Assembly (NCBI GenBank): GCA_046331155.1
Contig: JAXLRK010000001.1
Coordinates: 346,301 to 410,300 of the forward strand
Length of the DNA: 64,000 nucleotides
Source: Acidimicrobiia bacterium
Lineage (GTDB): Bacteria; Actinomycetota; Acidimicrobiia; IMCC26256; CAWATG01
Direction: 5' to 3'
Below, in pieces: positions 36,982-46,035 of this stretch. The position numbers were made by a program, and so were the translations under genes. The notes below the pieces were generated by a model. The model was not told the origin of the DNA. It did not search any database and was given only the letters and a program-made list of their open reading frames with translations. The number at the start of each line of letters is the position of its first letter. Positions within the stretch are counted from its first letter, which is position 1.

Positions 36982-38783
36982 CGGTCTCCTCGGCGCTCGG
37001 CGCGCATGTGTTCGGTTGCATCGGCGTCGACGGTGAGGGTGAGGTCCTCGAGCGAGCCGGAGAGGACGACGCCGTAGTCGCGGGCCGCACCCTCGATGCT
37101 CACGTACTCGTCGAGCACGTCGTCGAGCACGGCCTGCGGATCGCGGTCGAGCGGATCGCCCCAGCCGCCACCGCCGCCGTAGTCGTACATGATGCGCTCG
37201 CCCGCCGCGATCGGCACCCAGTCGGCGGTGTGACGCACGGTGAACGGATCATCCGAGCCGTACCGGATCACGAGGGCGTTCGGTTCTCCGGAGCGGCCCC
37301 CGGCGATGCCGGGCATCGGGTACTTCATGCCGACCACGTACGTGTAGACCTTGGCGTCGACACGGACTTCCTTCTCGTAGTGGCTGCCGCACAAGCCGCG
37401 CCACTGGCCGGGGCCACCGCTGTCGGTGCGGTAGTCGCGGCTCCACTGGACGTGCGGGTAGAGGCTCTCGTTGATCTCGGCCGTGGCCTTCCACAGGTTG
37501 CCGAAGCTGGCGTTCTGGGCGCCCCACGCGTCCATGCCCCTCGCCGCGTTGCACCAGCCCGCGTACACCTCGGCCGAGTGGTCGGTGAACGTCTCGCCGG
37601 TGTGCGGGTCCACGCCGACGATCACCGTCGGGATCCCGGTCTTGTAGGTCTGCGGCACCGCGCGGTCCGGGATGACCTGCTGGAGCGCGAGCGCGATCGC
37701 GTCGCCGACCTCGGTACCGGGATGGTGGGTGCCCGCGCTCACCGGCTTCCCGAACGGCGGGTTGAGCACGCAACCGTCGGGTATGTGCAGCTCGACGCTC
37801 TCGAAGAAGCCCTCGTTCTTGGGGATCGATGGGTCGAGCATCGCCGCGATCTGGGAGATGGTGTACCCGCGTGCGTTGCCGTAGCTCGACCACGCCTGCA
37901 GCTCGGGGCGGGCATCGGTGCCGGCGAAGTCGACGATCAGCCGGTCGCCTTCCACGGCGACACGCACGTGGATGCGGACGTCGGGGTTGCCCCACGGGTC
38001 GTGGTCGGCAAGCGCGTCGGCCTCGTAGACGCCGTCGGACCACTTCCTGATCTCGTCGCGGAACCGGCGGGCGGTCGAGTCGACGAACCAGTCCACGGCG
38101 GCCTCGACGGCGTCGGCACCGAAGCGCGCGAGGACTTCGCCGAGGCGCGCGACTCCGAGTTGGGCCGCGCCGATCTGGGCGCGGAGATCGCCGAGGTAGC
38201 CGGATGAGCGGTTGTTGGCCTGGAGCGAGTAAAGCACGTCGCGCCGTTCGGCTCCCGCGTCGACCACCTTCAGCACCGGGATGCGTACGCCCTCGCCCCA
38301 GATGTCCGTCGCGGTCACGTTGTAGCCGCCGGGTACGGACCCGCCGGTGTCGCCGTGGTGGCACTGGATGCTCGCCATGAGCACCCGGCGCCCATCGGCG
38401 AACACCGGGGCGAACACGTTGTAGTCCGGAAGGTGCCCACCGCCGTGGTACGGGTCGTTGGCGAGGAACACGTCGCCCGGGTGGATGTCGTCGTCGCCGA
38501 AGAACCCGACCGCGAAGCGTACGGGTAGCGACGACGACAACATGAGCTGTGGAACGCCCACCGACACCGCCGCGAGCCGGCCGTTGCGGTCGAGGATCGA
38601 CGCGTTGCGTTCGTTGCTCTGGTTGAGGATAGGGGTGGTCGCCGTGCGCGAGACGTAGACCGCCATCTCGAAGCAGATCGTCTCCATCGCGGAGCGCACG
38701 ACCTCCGCCGTCACCGGATCGACGGTCCCGCCGTCGGTGAGCCGCGGGCGGGGCTTCGCGAGCTCGTCGAGGTCTACTCGCAT
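36978..38783 (-). CDS. hydantoinase B / oxoprolinase family protein (HyuB-like), with no HyuA partner in the window
   Basis: 601 aa; ...DPYHGGGHLPD...GDTGGSVPGG... signature regions of the HyuB family. Confidence 0.88.
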   Translation of the reverse strand: MRVDLDELAKPRPRLTDGGTVDPVTAEVVRSAMETICFEMAVYVSRTATTPILNQSNERNASILDRNGRLAAVSVGVPQLMLSSSLPVRFAVGFFGDDDIHPGDVFLANDPYHGGGHLPDYNVFAPVFADGRRVLMASIQCHHGDTGGSVPGGYNVTATDIWGEGVRIPVLKVVDAGAERRDVLYSLQANNRSSGYLGDLRAQIGAAQLGVARLGEVLARFGADAVEAAVDWFVDSTARRFRDEIRKWSDGVYEADALADHDPWGNPDVRIHVRVAVEGDRLIVDFAGTDARPELQAWSSYGNARGYTISQIAAMLDPSIPKNEGFFESVELHIPDGCVLNPPFGKPVSAGTHHPGTEVGDAIALALQQVIPDRAVPQTYKTGIPTVIVGVDPHTGETFTDHSAEVYAGWCNAARGMDAWGAQNASFGNLWKATAEINESLYPHVQWSRDYRTDSGGPGQWRGLCGSHYEKEVRVDAKVYTYVVGMKYPMPGIAGGRSGEPNALVIRYGSDDPFTVRHTADWVPIAAGERIMYDYGGGGGWGDPLDRDPQAVLDDVLDEYVSIEGAARDYGVVLSGSLEDLTLTVDADATEHMRAERRGDR

Positions 38784-38789
38784 CGCGCG

Positions 38790-39944
38790 TCAGACCCGGT
38801 ACCGCACGGACTCGGGCAGCGAGAGCGACGCCACGTCGATGCCGAAGACCCGCGCCGCATTGGTCTCGAGGAGCTGCTTCTGCTCCGCTGCCGGGACGCC
38901 CGCGAGCGCCGTCTCGATCGCCTTGCGCGAGTGCGGATAGGTCGACGTCGGATGCGGGAAGTCGGCCTCCCACATGATGTTCTCGAGACCGATCATGTGG
39001 CGCAGCGCGATGCCGCTGGCCTCGAACCAGAAGTTCACGTAGCACTGCCGGCGGAAGTACTCGCTCGGCCGCATCGTGAGGCCTTCATCCCAGAGGTGCT
39101 GCTGCTCGTACTGGTGGTCGGCCGTCTCCAGGAGGTAGGGCACCCAGCCCAGACCGGACTCGACCGAGAGGAAGTTCAGCGTCGGGTGACGCTCGAGCAC
39201 ACCGGAGAACAGCAGGTTGGCCATCACCTGCACGTTGCTCGTGATGGCCAGCACCGAGCGCATCGCCAGCTGCCGGTAGCTCTCGTATCCCGACCAGAGA
39301 TCCCGGTCCAGCTTCGCCGAGCCGATGTGCAGTGCAACCGGCATCCGCAGTTCGGCGAGGGTCGACCAGAGTGTGTCCCAGTAGGTCTCGTTGAAGTGGG
39401 GGAAGCCGTAGGCGTGCGGCGCGGCCGTCCACACGACGGCCTTGTGTCCGATCGAGTGCGCCCGGCGCACCTCCTCCACCGCGAGCGCGACGTCCCACAT
39501 CGGGATGAGGCACTGCGCCACGTACCGCGGACTCGTGCCCGTCCACTCCTCGGCCAGGTAGTCGTTGTACGCCCGGATGCACGCGAGTCGCAGCTCCGGT
39601 GAGCCCTTGGTGCTCACGAACGGCCCGCCGCCGAAGCCGGCCGCCTGGGGGAACAGCACCTCGACCGCGACCCCGTCCGCATCCATCTCGCGCAGCCGCG
39701 CCGCGGGGTCCCACGCGGCCGCCGGTGCCTCCTCGAAGAACTTCAGCGCCCCCCGGTCGGGAAGCATCGCGGCCACGCCCGTACCGACGTTGCGGACCCG
39801 CTCGCCCGCGTAGACCCACCAGTGCTCGCCGTCGAGCACCTCGAGGTGCGGGCAGTCGTCGACGAACTTCGCGGGCACGCGCGACGTCCACGTGTCCTTG
39901 TGCTCCCACGCGTGGTCGTCCGTCGAGATCGGGTAGATGTCCAC
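38790..39944 (-). CDS. amidohydrolase-2 family protein (ACMSD/LigW-type metal-dependent hydrolase/decarboxylase)
   Basis: 384 aa; VDADGVAVEVLFP, HIG, WEADFPHP motif pattern of amidohydrolase_2. Confidence 0.8.
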   Translation of the reverse strand: MDIYPISTDDHAWEHKDTWTSRVPAKFVDDCPHLEVLDGEHWWVYAGERVRNVGTGVAAMLPDRGALKFFEEAPAAAWDPAARLREMDADGVAVEVLFPQAAGFGGGPFVSTKGSPELRLACIRAYNDYLAEEWTGTSPRYVAQCLIPMWDVALAVEEVRRAHSIGHKAVVWTAAPHAYGFPHFNETYWDTLWSTLAELRMPVALHIGSAKLDRDLWSGYESYRQLAMRSVLAITSNVQVMANLLFSGVLERHPTLNFLSVESGLGWVPYLLETADHQYEQQHLWDEGLTMRPSEYFRRQCYVNFWFEASGIALRHMIGLENIMWEADFPHPTSTYPHSRKAIETALAGVPAAEQKQLLETNAARVFGIDVASLSLPESVRYRV

Positions 39945-39977
39945 CGGTACTCCCCTCGGGCGCGATCGGATCGTGGC

Positions 39978-41144
39978 TCAGAACGGCAGGTCGGGCGGCA
40001 GCATGCACGCCTCACGCCGGTCGAGGCCGGCGCGCGCAGTGCGCGAGAGGTACTCCTCGCGCATCTTGCGGTACACCCCCTTGTAGATGTCGAGGCCGGC
40101 GTCGAAGTTCTCCACGCCCTCCCCCGCGAGCACCGCGCACGACTCGACCGTCGCCGGGTGCATGAAGAACAGGTCGAGGAAGAACATCTCGGCCATGGTC
40201 GCGAGCTGGTTGAGCTGCTGGCGTTGGTGGTCCGGATCCGGCGCGTGCTCGAGGAGGTACTTCAGGTGCATCGTGCCGTACGAGACGTGACGCGCCTCGT
40301 CCTGCATGACCATGCGGAAGATCTGCTTGTCGACGTCGGTCTTGCCGAGGAACTCGCCGAAGCGGAACATCGAGAGGATCGCCCCCTCGAACACGACGTG
40401 GATCGCGTACGAGACGTGGTCCCACGTCGAGAACAGGTCGTTGTCCGACGCTTGGCCGATGGCCCGTGCATCGGATTGGCCCATCGCCGCGAGCGCGTTG
40501 CCGAGGTTGATGGTCATCCCGAGGCCCCCACCGTTGGCGAGGATCCGCTTGCGGAACACCTCGGTGTGACGCGCCTCGTCCATGGCCTGCTGCGCGATGA
40601 AGAGCTTGATCTCGTGGTAGTAGGTGTTGAACTGCGGCAACCACGGCGCGAGGACGTCGGTGGCCAGGTACTCGCCCATCGTGAGGAACGTGTTGTACTG
40701 GCAGAGCGCGCGCTCGAGATCGGGCGGCAGCTCCTCGAGCTTGCTCCACTCGATGTCCTGGGTCGCGCTCCACTGCCGGCTGCAGCCCTCCTCGTAGAGC
40801 GTCGCCAGGTTGTCGGCCCAGACCTCCCACTGGTTGTTGATGGCCCACACCCGTGGCAGCAGTCCGGGCTCGGAACCCGCCCCGCGCGGCGCGATGCTGT
40901 CGGGCGCGACCGGCGCGATCTCGATCCCCGACGCCGCGTCGGCCTCCATCAGCGTGAGGCCGCGCCGGCCCGGCACCGCACGCGAGGCCCACGTGCCCCA
41001 GACACCGTCACCCGGCGTGGCCCGCAGCCACGTCAGGTCCGCGTCGCCCGCGCGGAGCCGAGAGGGGTAGGGCCGGGCCGCCACCTGCTCGGCGAACTCG
41101 GACGGGCTGGGAACACCGGGCCTGGATACGGCCGTGCTGGTCAT
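39978..41144 (-). CDS. ferritin-like di-iron oxygenase family protein (AurF-like N-oxygenase pattern)
   Basis: Internal Met with a GAGGAGGG SD. Two DEARH (E-x-x-H) motifs about 75 residues apart in a helical protein; 388 aa. Confidence 0.6.
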   Translation of the reverse strand: MTSTAVSRPGVPSPSEFAEQVAARPYPSRLRAGDADLTWLRATPGDGVWGTWASRAVPGRRGLTLMEADAASGIEIAPVAPDSIAPRGAGSEPGLLPRVWAINNQWEVWADNLATLYEEGCSRQWSATQDIEWSKLEELPPDLERALCQYNTFLTMGEYLATDVLAPWLPQFNTYYHEIKLFIAQQAMDEARHTEVFRKRILANGGGLGMTINLGNALAAMGQSDARAIGQASDNDLFSTWDHVSYAIHVVFEGAILSMFRFGEFLGKTDVDKQIFRMVMQDEARHVSYGTMHLKYLLEHAPDPDHQRQQLNQLATMAEMFFLDLFFMHPATVESCAVLAGEGVENFDAGLDIYKGVYRKMREEYLSRTARAGLDRREACMLPPDLPF

Positions 41145-41250
41145 CGGCCCTCCTCGGGGGAGCGGGCGGTCCGAGATGCCGCAATATGACGGCGTCGTCA
41201 GGTCACCGTAAGTCCCGCAGTTCGTGGAGTCAAGAACGACAGGAGGATCC

Positions 41251-42021
41251 TCAGCCGAGGTCCTCGCCGGGCGCGACCAGCCGGCGGCCGGCCGTGAACC
41301 CACCGTCGACCACCAGGGCATGCCCGGTGACGAACGACGCGTCGTCGGACGCGAGGAACAGCGCGGCCGCGGCCACCTCCTCCGGTTGCCCCGAGCGCAG
41401 CATCATGTGCTGTTCGACGAAGCGGTCGTAGACCTTGCGCAGCCAGTCCTCGTGCAGCATGGCCGTCATCGGGGTCTCGACGAGGCCGGGACAGAGGCAG
41501 TTCACCCGGATGCCGAGGTGGCCGTAGTCGACGGCCATGTTCTTCGTGAGCAGGATCACACCGGCCTTGCTCACGTTGTAGGCGGTCTGGCCCTGGAAGG
41601 CCTCGACGCCCTCGATGCTGGCGAGGTTCACGATGCTGCCGCCACGAACGTCGCGCACCATGTGGTTGACGACGTGCTTGGAGACGAGCCACGTCCCCTT
41701 GAGGTTCACGCCGACGATCCGGTCCCACTCGGCTTCGTCGAGGTCGCCCGCGGTCGCGGCACCGCCGACGCCGGCCGCGTTCACGAGGATGTCGAAGTTC
41801 CCAAGCGTCTCGTGGGCCGCTTGGACCGCGCCGGCCACGGCTGCCTCGTCGGCCACGTCCGCGACCAACCACCGCTCGACAGCCGGATCGTCGCCGGCGG
41901 CGAGATCGAGACCGATGACGCGCGCGCCTTCCTGGTGGAACCGCCGTGCACAGGCCCGACCGATACCCGACGCCGCGCCGGTGACGAGTGCGGTGCGGCC
42001 CGTGATCCGGTCGTTCGACAT
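41251..42021 (-). CDS. SDR-family NAD(P)-dependent oxidoreductase
   Basis: TGAASGIGRA, NAAG, catalytic Y..xK (YNVSKAG); 256 aa. Start set at MSNDRI with a GAGGAG SD. Confidence 0.9.
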   Translation of the reverse strand: MSNDRITGRTALVTGAASGIGRACARRFHQEGARVIGLDLAAGDDPAVERWLVADVADEAAVAGAVQAAHETLGNFDILVNAAGVGGAATAGDLDEAEWDRIVGVNLKGTWLVSKHVVNHMVRDVRGGSIVNLASIEGVEAFQGQTAYNVSKAGVILLTKNMAVDYGHLGIRVNCLCPGLVETPMTAMLHEDWLRKVYDRFVEQHMMLRSGQPEEVAAAALFLASDDASFVTGHALVVDGGFTAGRRLVAPGEDLG

Positions 42022-42184
42022 GGATGGCTCCTCACAGATTGTGGCTCCCGAGGTCGCCGGCGAGGTTACCGAGCTCGACGCGGCGTGGGGAATGCGAGGA
42101 GGCCCGGGACGCGGAACCGCCGGGGCGTCCATGCCCCGGCGGTTCTGCCGACCGTTCGTGGTACCGGCCGTCGGGCCGGCTTCC

Positions 42185-44266
42185 TCAGCCGAGTGAGGCC
42201 ACCGACGTGACGGCGTAGCTCGGCGGGTTCGCCCCGAGCGAGCCGAGGAACGGCTTGTCGGAGAAGGTGAAGATGCCACCGTCGGCGCCGACCATGAGAT
42301 AGCCGTTGCCGAAGCGCACCATGCCGACCACCGGCTTGTTGAGGTGCTTGCCGCCCATCGAACCGCGGAAGTCCGCGTCGCCGAAGGCGAAGATGCCGCC
42401 GTCGGACGCCACCAGCCAGTAGCCGAGGTTGGTGCCCGTCGGCACCAGCGACTGCACCGGCGCGTTGAGCCGCTTGCCGCCCATCGAACCGCGGAACACC
42501 GCGTCGCCGAAGGCGAAGATGCCGCCGTCCGAGCCGACCATGTAGTACCCGTGCCCGCTCGGGGTCGGGATCGAGCTCGTCACCGGCCCGTTGAGCGTCA
42601 GCCGCGTCAGGTCGCCGTACAGCGCGGCGTCGCCGAAGGCCTGCACCCGACCCCGGGTCGTGAAGATCCAGTAGCCGTTGCCCGTGGGTGTCGCCGACAG
42701 GCTCGTCACGTACTCACCGGGGGCGAACACCGCGGTGTTGGCGCTCCCGAGGTTCTTGGCGTCGCCGAACGGGTAGACCTTGCCCTGGGTCGAGACGACC
42801 CAGTACCCGTCGCCCGACGGCGTCGGCTCGAGGTGGATCGCCAGCTTGCCCCAGGCGGGGGTGCCCATCGCCGACGCCGCGCTACCCAGATCCTTGGCGT
42901 CGCCGAAGCCGTAGGCCTTGCCGGACGCGTCGAGCATCCAGTAACCGGTGCGCGAGGCGGTCTCGCCCTTCACGTCCACCGCCTGGCCCGTGCCCTTGAG
43001 CGTGACGGTCGCGCTGCCGCCGTTGCTGTTGACCTTCAGGGAACCCGTCGCGGCGCCGGCCGCCTTCGGGTTGAAGGTGACCTTCAACGCCTGGGTGGCG
43101 CCCGGGTTGATCGACGCCCCGACGGGGGGCGCGGCCTCGACCGAGAACGCGTCACCCGAGACCGGCGCGGAGCTCACCACGAGCGGCTGGTTCCCGTTGT
43201 TCGTGACCGTCACGGTCTTCGACGCGGTGCCCTGACCGACGGTCACCGTGCCGAGGTCGAGCGTCGTGGTGTCGACGCCGAGCACCGGGGCGTGCGCGAT
43301 ACCCAGGTCGTCGGTCCAGAAGACCTCGTCCTTGTGGATGAAGTTCCCGAGGAACCCGACCGGGATGCTCCCCGGCGACCCGCCGGCGTCCGCGCCACCC
43401 TGGGTCGCGTGCGAGTTGATCGCCAGGTACTTCGGGTTCTGCGCGTAGTTCGTGCTCTGCATCGCGGCCGGCACGGTCAAGCTCTCGCGCTGGCTCCAGT
43501 CGAGCCCGTAGTTGCCGATGTTCGGGATCGGGACGTTGACCGCGGTCGGGTCCTTCGGGGCCGGCCAGGTGAACGGGTCATTGGTCCACACGATCGTCTT
43601 GTGCACGGTCGGCGCGTACGTGTGGTCGGCGTTGGCGGCCGCGAGCGCGGCCTCCTTCACGAACGCGAAGGTCGTGGCGTGGTCGCTGTGGCGGTCCGAC
43701 TCGGCGGTGGTGTAGATGTCGTCGGGCCGGTACGTCGCCAGGATCGACTGGAGGTCGGTCACCACGTTCTCGGCCGTGTAGTCGGCGTGCGAGCCGAACT
43801 TGTAGTTGTGGTAGTCGGTCCCTCCGAGGCCGGCGGAGCCGTAGGTCCGGGACGACCCCCACGCGGTCGTGAGCTTCCCGGAGTAGTTGTGGTCGTGAAG
43901 ATCCTTGAGGTTCGAGTCCGGGTACCCGAGGAAGATGAGGTTGTTCTCCGGGTCGCCCAGCGCGGCCTGCGCGAGGAAGGCCTCGTTCTGCCGGACGACG
44001 CCGACGTCCTCGCCCGAATTGCCGGCGGCGCCGTCGCCGTTGGTCATGTAGACGACGTGCACCTGCGCGCCTTGCGCGAGCCCGCTGGCGACGACGCCGG
44101 CGGCGGTCAGCACGTCGTCGTCGGGATGGGGCGAGATCACGATGATCGAACGCGGCGCCGCGTGGGCCACGGTGCTCGTCGTGCCGATGCCGGTCGCCAT
44201 GAGCGCCCCGGCGAGCGCCGTCCCCAGGGCCGCGCACAGCGACCGCTTCAACCAGCCCACCCGCAT
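42185..44266 (-). CDS. secreted multidomain protein: PIG-L/LmbE-family deacetylase, choice-of-anchor-D-like Ig domain, and a C-terminal array of GYW...DGG.F.FGDA..GS repeats
   Basis: Signal peptide (MRVGWLKRSLCAALGTALAGALMA). PIG-L motif SPHPDDDVLTAAG. TVTNNGNQPL...SGDAFSV. At least 7 tandem approx. 40-aa GYW/FGDA repeats. Confidence 0.75.
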   Translation of the reverse strand: MRVGWLKRSLCAALGTALAGALMATGIGTTSTVAHAAPRSIIVISPHPDDDVLTAAGVVASGLAQGAQVHVVYMTNGDGAAGNSGEDVGVVRQNEAFLAQAALGDPENNLIFLGYPDSNLKDLHDHNYSGKLTTAWGSSRTYGSAGLGGTDYHNYKFGSHADYTAENVVTDLQSILATYRPDDIYTTAESDRHSDHATTFAFVKEAALAAANADHTYAPTVHKTIVWTNDPFTWPAPKDPTAVNVPIPNIGNYGLDWSQRESLTVPAAMQSTNYAQNPKYLAINSHATQGGADAGGSPGSIPVGFLGNFIHKDEVFWTDDLGIAHAPVLGVDTTTLDLGTVTVGQGTASKTVTVTNNGNQPLVVSSAPVSGDAFSVEAAPPVGASINPGATQALKVTFNPKAAGAATGSLKVNSNGGSATVTLKGTGQAVDVKGETASRTGYWMLDASGKAYGFGDAKDLGSAASAMGTPAWGKLAIHLEPTPSGDGYWVVSTQGKVYPFGDAKNLGSANTAVFAPGEYVTSLSATPTGNGYWIFTTRGRVQAFGDAALYGDLTRLTLNGPVTSSIPTPSGHGYYMVGSDGGIFAFGDAVFRGSMGGKRLNAPVQSLVPTGTNLGYWLVASDGGIFAFGDADFRGSMGGKHLNKPVVGMVRFGNGYLMVGADGGIFTFSDKPFLGSLGANPPSYAVTSVASLG

Positions 44267-44570
44267 GATGTCCTCCCAGACTCCGTCGATTTCCGTCCCT
44301 GGCCCCGGGCCGCGGGTTCGCAGTGTTGCATCCCGCACCCCCGACCTACCAGGCGGGGCAGGTGATACGACACGAGCCGTGGTCCGGTCCGGGTGTTCCT
44401 GCCCCTTTGATCACCCAGAGTGGGCATTGTTACACAGAATCCCACTGTGAGTCACGCCCTAAAGGGGACTTTTTCGCCAGCATCCCGGCTGAGCCGGCCG
44501 CGATCGACCGAGCGCGGCCGCATCGGCACGAAGCGCGCTCGCGCGGTCCGTGGGTGTCGGGGTCGGGCGT

Positions 44571-45974
44571 TCAGCGGGTGGCGACGAGCTCGAACCGGTC
44601 GCGGCCCGAGTTCTTGGCCCGGTACAGGGCGCTGTCGGCCACGGCGAACGTCTGTTCGGGAGCCTCGCCGGGCACGGACCACGCGACGCCCGCGCTGAAG
44701 GTCACGCCGAACCGGCCGTCCCAGCGCCGTCGCAACCGATCGCACGCGGCCCGCACTTCGCGCTCACCGGCCTTCCTCAACACGACCAGGAACTCCTCAC
44801 CACCGAGGCGCGCGACGTGGTCCCCGGAACGGACCTCGTCGGCGAGCATGCGCCCGAACTCCCGGAGCGCGGCATCCCCGGCGGCATGGCCGAGACGGTC
44901 GTTGAGGGCCTTGAAGTGGTCGAGATCCAGAATGACGAGCGCGTCTCCCTCCTGGAGCGTCGCGAACAGCGAGTCCGCCTGCCGGCGGTTGCCGACTCCC
45001 GTGAGCGGATCGAGCAACGCCGCGTCACGCAGGTAGGCGAGCGACGTCTCCCGGTGGATCGCCACGCCGATCTGGGTGACGAGGGCACCGACGAGGTCGT
45101 CGTCGAGCCCGACGCGTGCGTCCTCGGGCACGACCAGCAGCGCCGCGATGCCCTGCGGGCCGTTGACCGGGATGGCGCCGGGGACGCGGTCCCAACCGTC
45201 GGCCGGAACTCGGGTGTTGCGGGGGAAGGAGGGCCATCCCGAGTGGTTCGTGAACACCAGCTCGTCTCCCTCACGAACGAGCAGGGCCACGCGGTCGACG
45301 GCGAGGAGCCGCCGGGCGATGTCGACGACCGTGTTCGCGATGCCGGTGTCCTCGCTGCCGTTGAGGACGAGCCCGGCCTCGACGATGTCCTCCAGCACCC
45401 GGAGGCGGTCGGAGGCGAGCTGCTCCGAGTGCAACAGACGCTCGCTGAAGTACGCGGTGCCGAAGCCGCAGAGCAACGAGCCTCCGGCGATGAAGAGGAC
45501 GGCGCCGAGTGACACGCCGGAATCGGCGTTGAGGAAGTAGGGCACGACGATCGCGGTGAGCATGGGGACCGACAGCACGTACATCTGGCGGCGCGTCGAG
45601 ACGAACCCGGTGCCGATGAAGACCGTCATCACGGTGGCGCCGAAGATCCCGCGCGTCGGGGCGAAGCTGCGGTCCACCGCGTTGAGCGCGAACCCCGCGA
45701 GGACGGTGGCGACGACGCACTGATAGGGCCGGCGTTGCCACGGGAGGAAGGGCACGACCAGGAAGCCCATGGCGACGGCGAGCCCACCGGCGACGATCGG
45801 CACCCAACTGTTCTCGAGTTGCGGTGTGAGCAGCGCCTGGAGGACCACGGTCACGCCGATTCCCACCGAGACGCAAGCCGCGATCAGCCTCGCGGCCCGC
45901 CAGGAGAGGATCCCGAGAGCCGAGTCCTGCGCGGTGATCGTGCGCGGTGTTGCCATCCCCCGCAATCTCGGCAT
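44571..45974 (-). CDS. membrane-anchored GGDEF-domain diguanylate cyclase
   Basis: N-terminal multi-TM region, then RLGGEEF active-site motif and RxxD-like region; the start codon choice is uncertain. Confidence 0.8.
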   Translation of the reverse strand: MPRLRGMATPRTITAQDSALGILSWRAARLIAACVSVGIGVTVVLQALLTPQLENSWVPIVAGGLAVAMGFLVVPFLPWQRRPYQCVVATVLAGFALNAVDRSFAPTRGIFGATVMTVFIGTGFVSTRRQMYVLSVPMLTAIVVPYFLNADSGVSLGAVLFIAGGSLLCGFGTAYFSERLLHSEQLASDRLRVLEDIVEAGLVLNGSEDTGIANTVVDIARRLLAVDRVALLVREGDELVFTNHSGWPSFPRNTRVPADGWDRVPGAIPVNGPQGIAALLVVPEDARVGLDDDLVGALVTQIGVAIHRETSLAYLRDAALLDPLTGVGNRRQADSLFATLQEGDALVILDLDHFKALNDRLGHAAGDAALREFGRMLADEVRSGDHVARLGGEEFLVVLRKAGEREVRAACDRLRRRWDGRFGVTFSAGVAWSVPGEAPEQTFAVADSALYRAKNSGRDRFELVATR

Positions 45975-46035
45975 CTCGCGGGTCCGAATTAAGAGGAATC
46001 CCACCGATTCGGTAGCCCCGCCGGACCGCCTGCGT

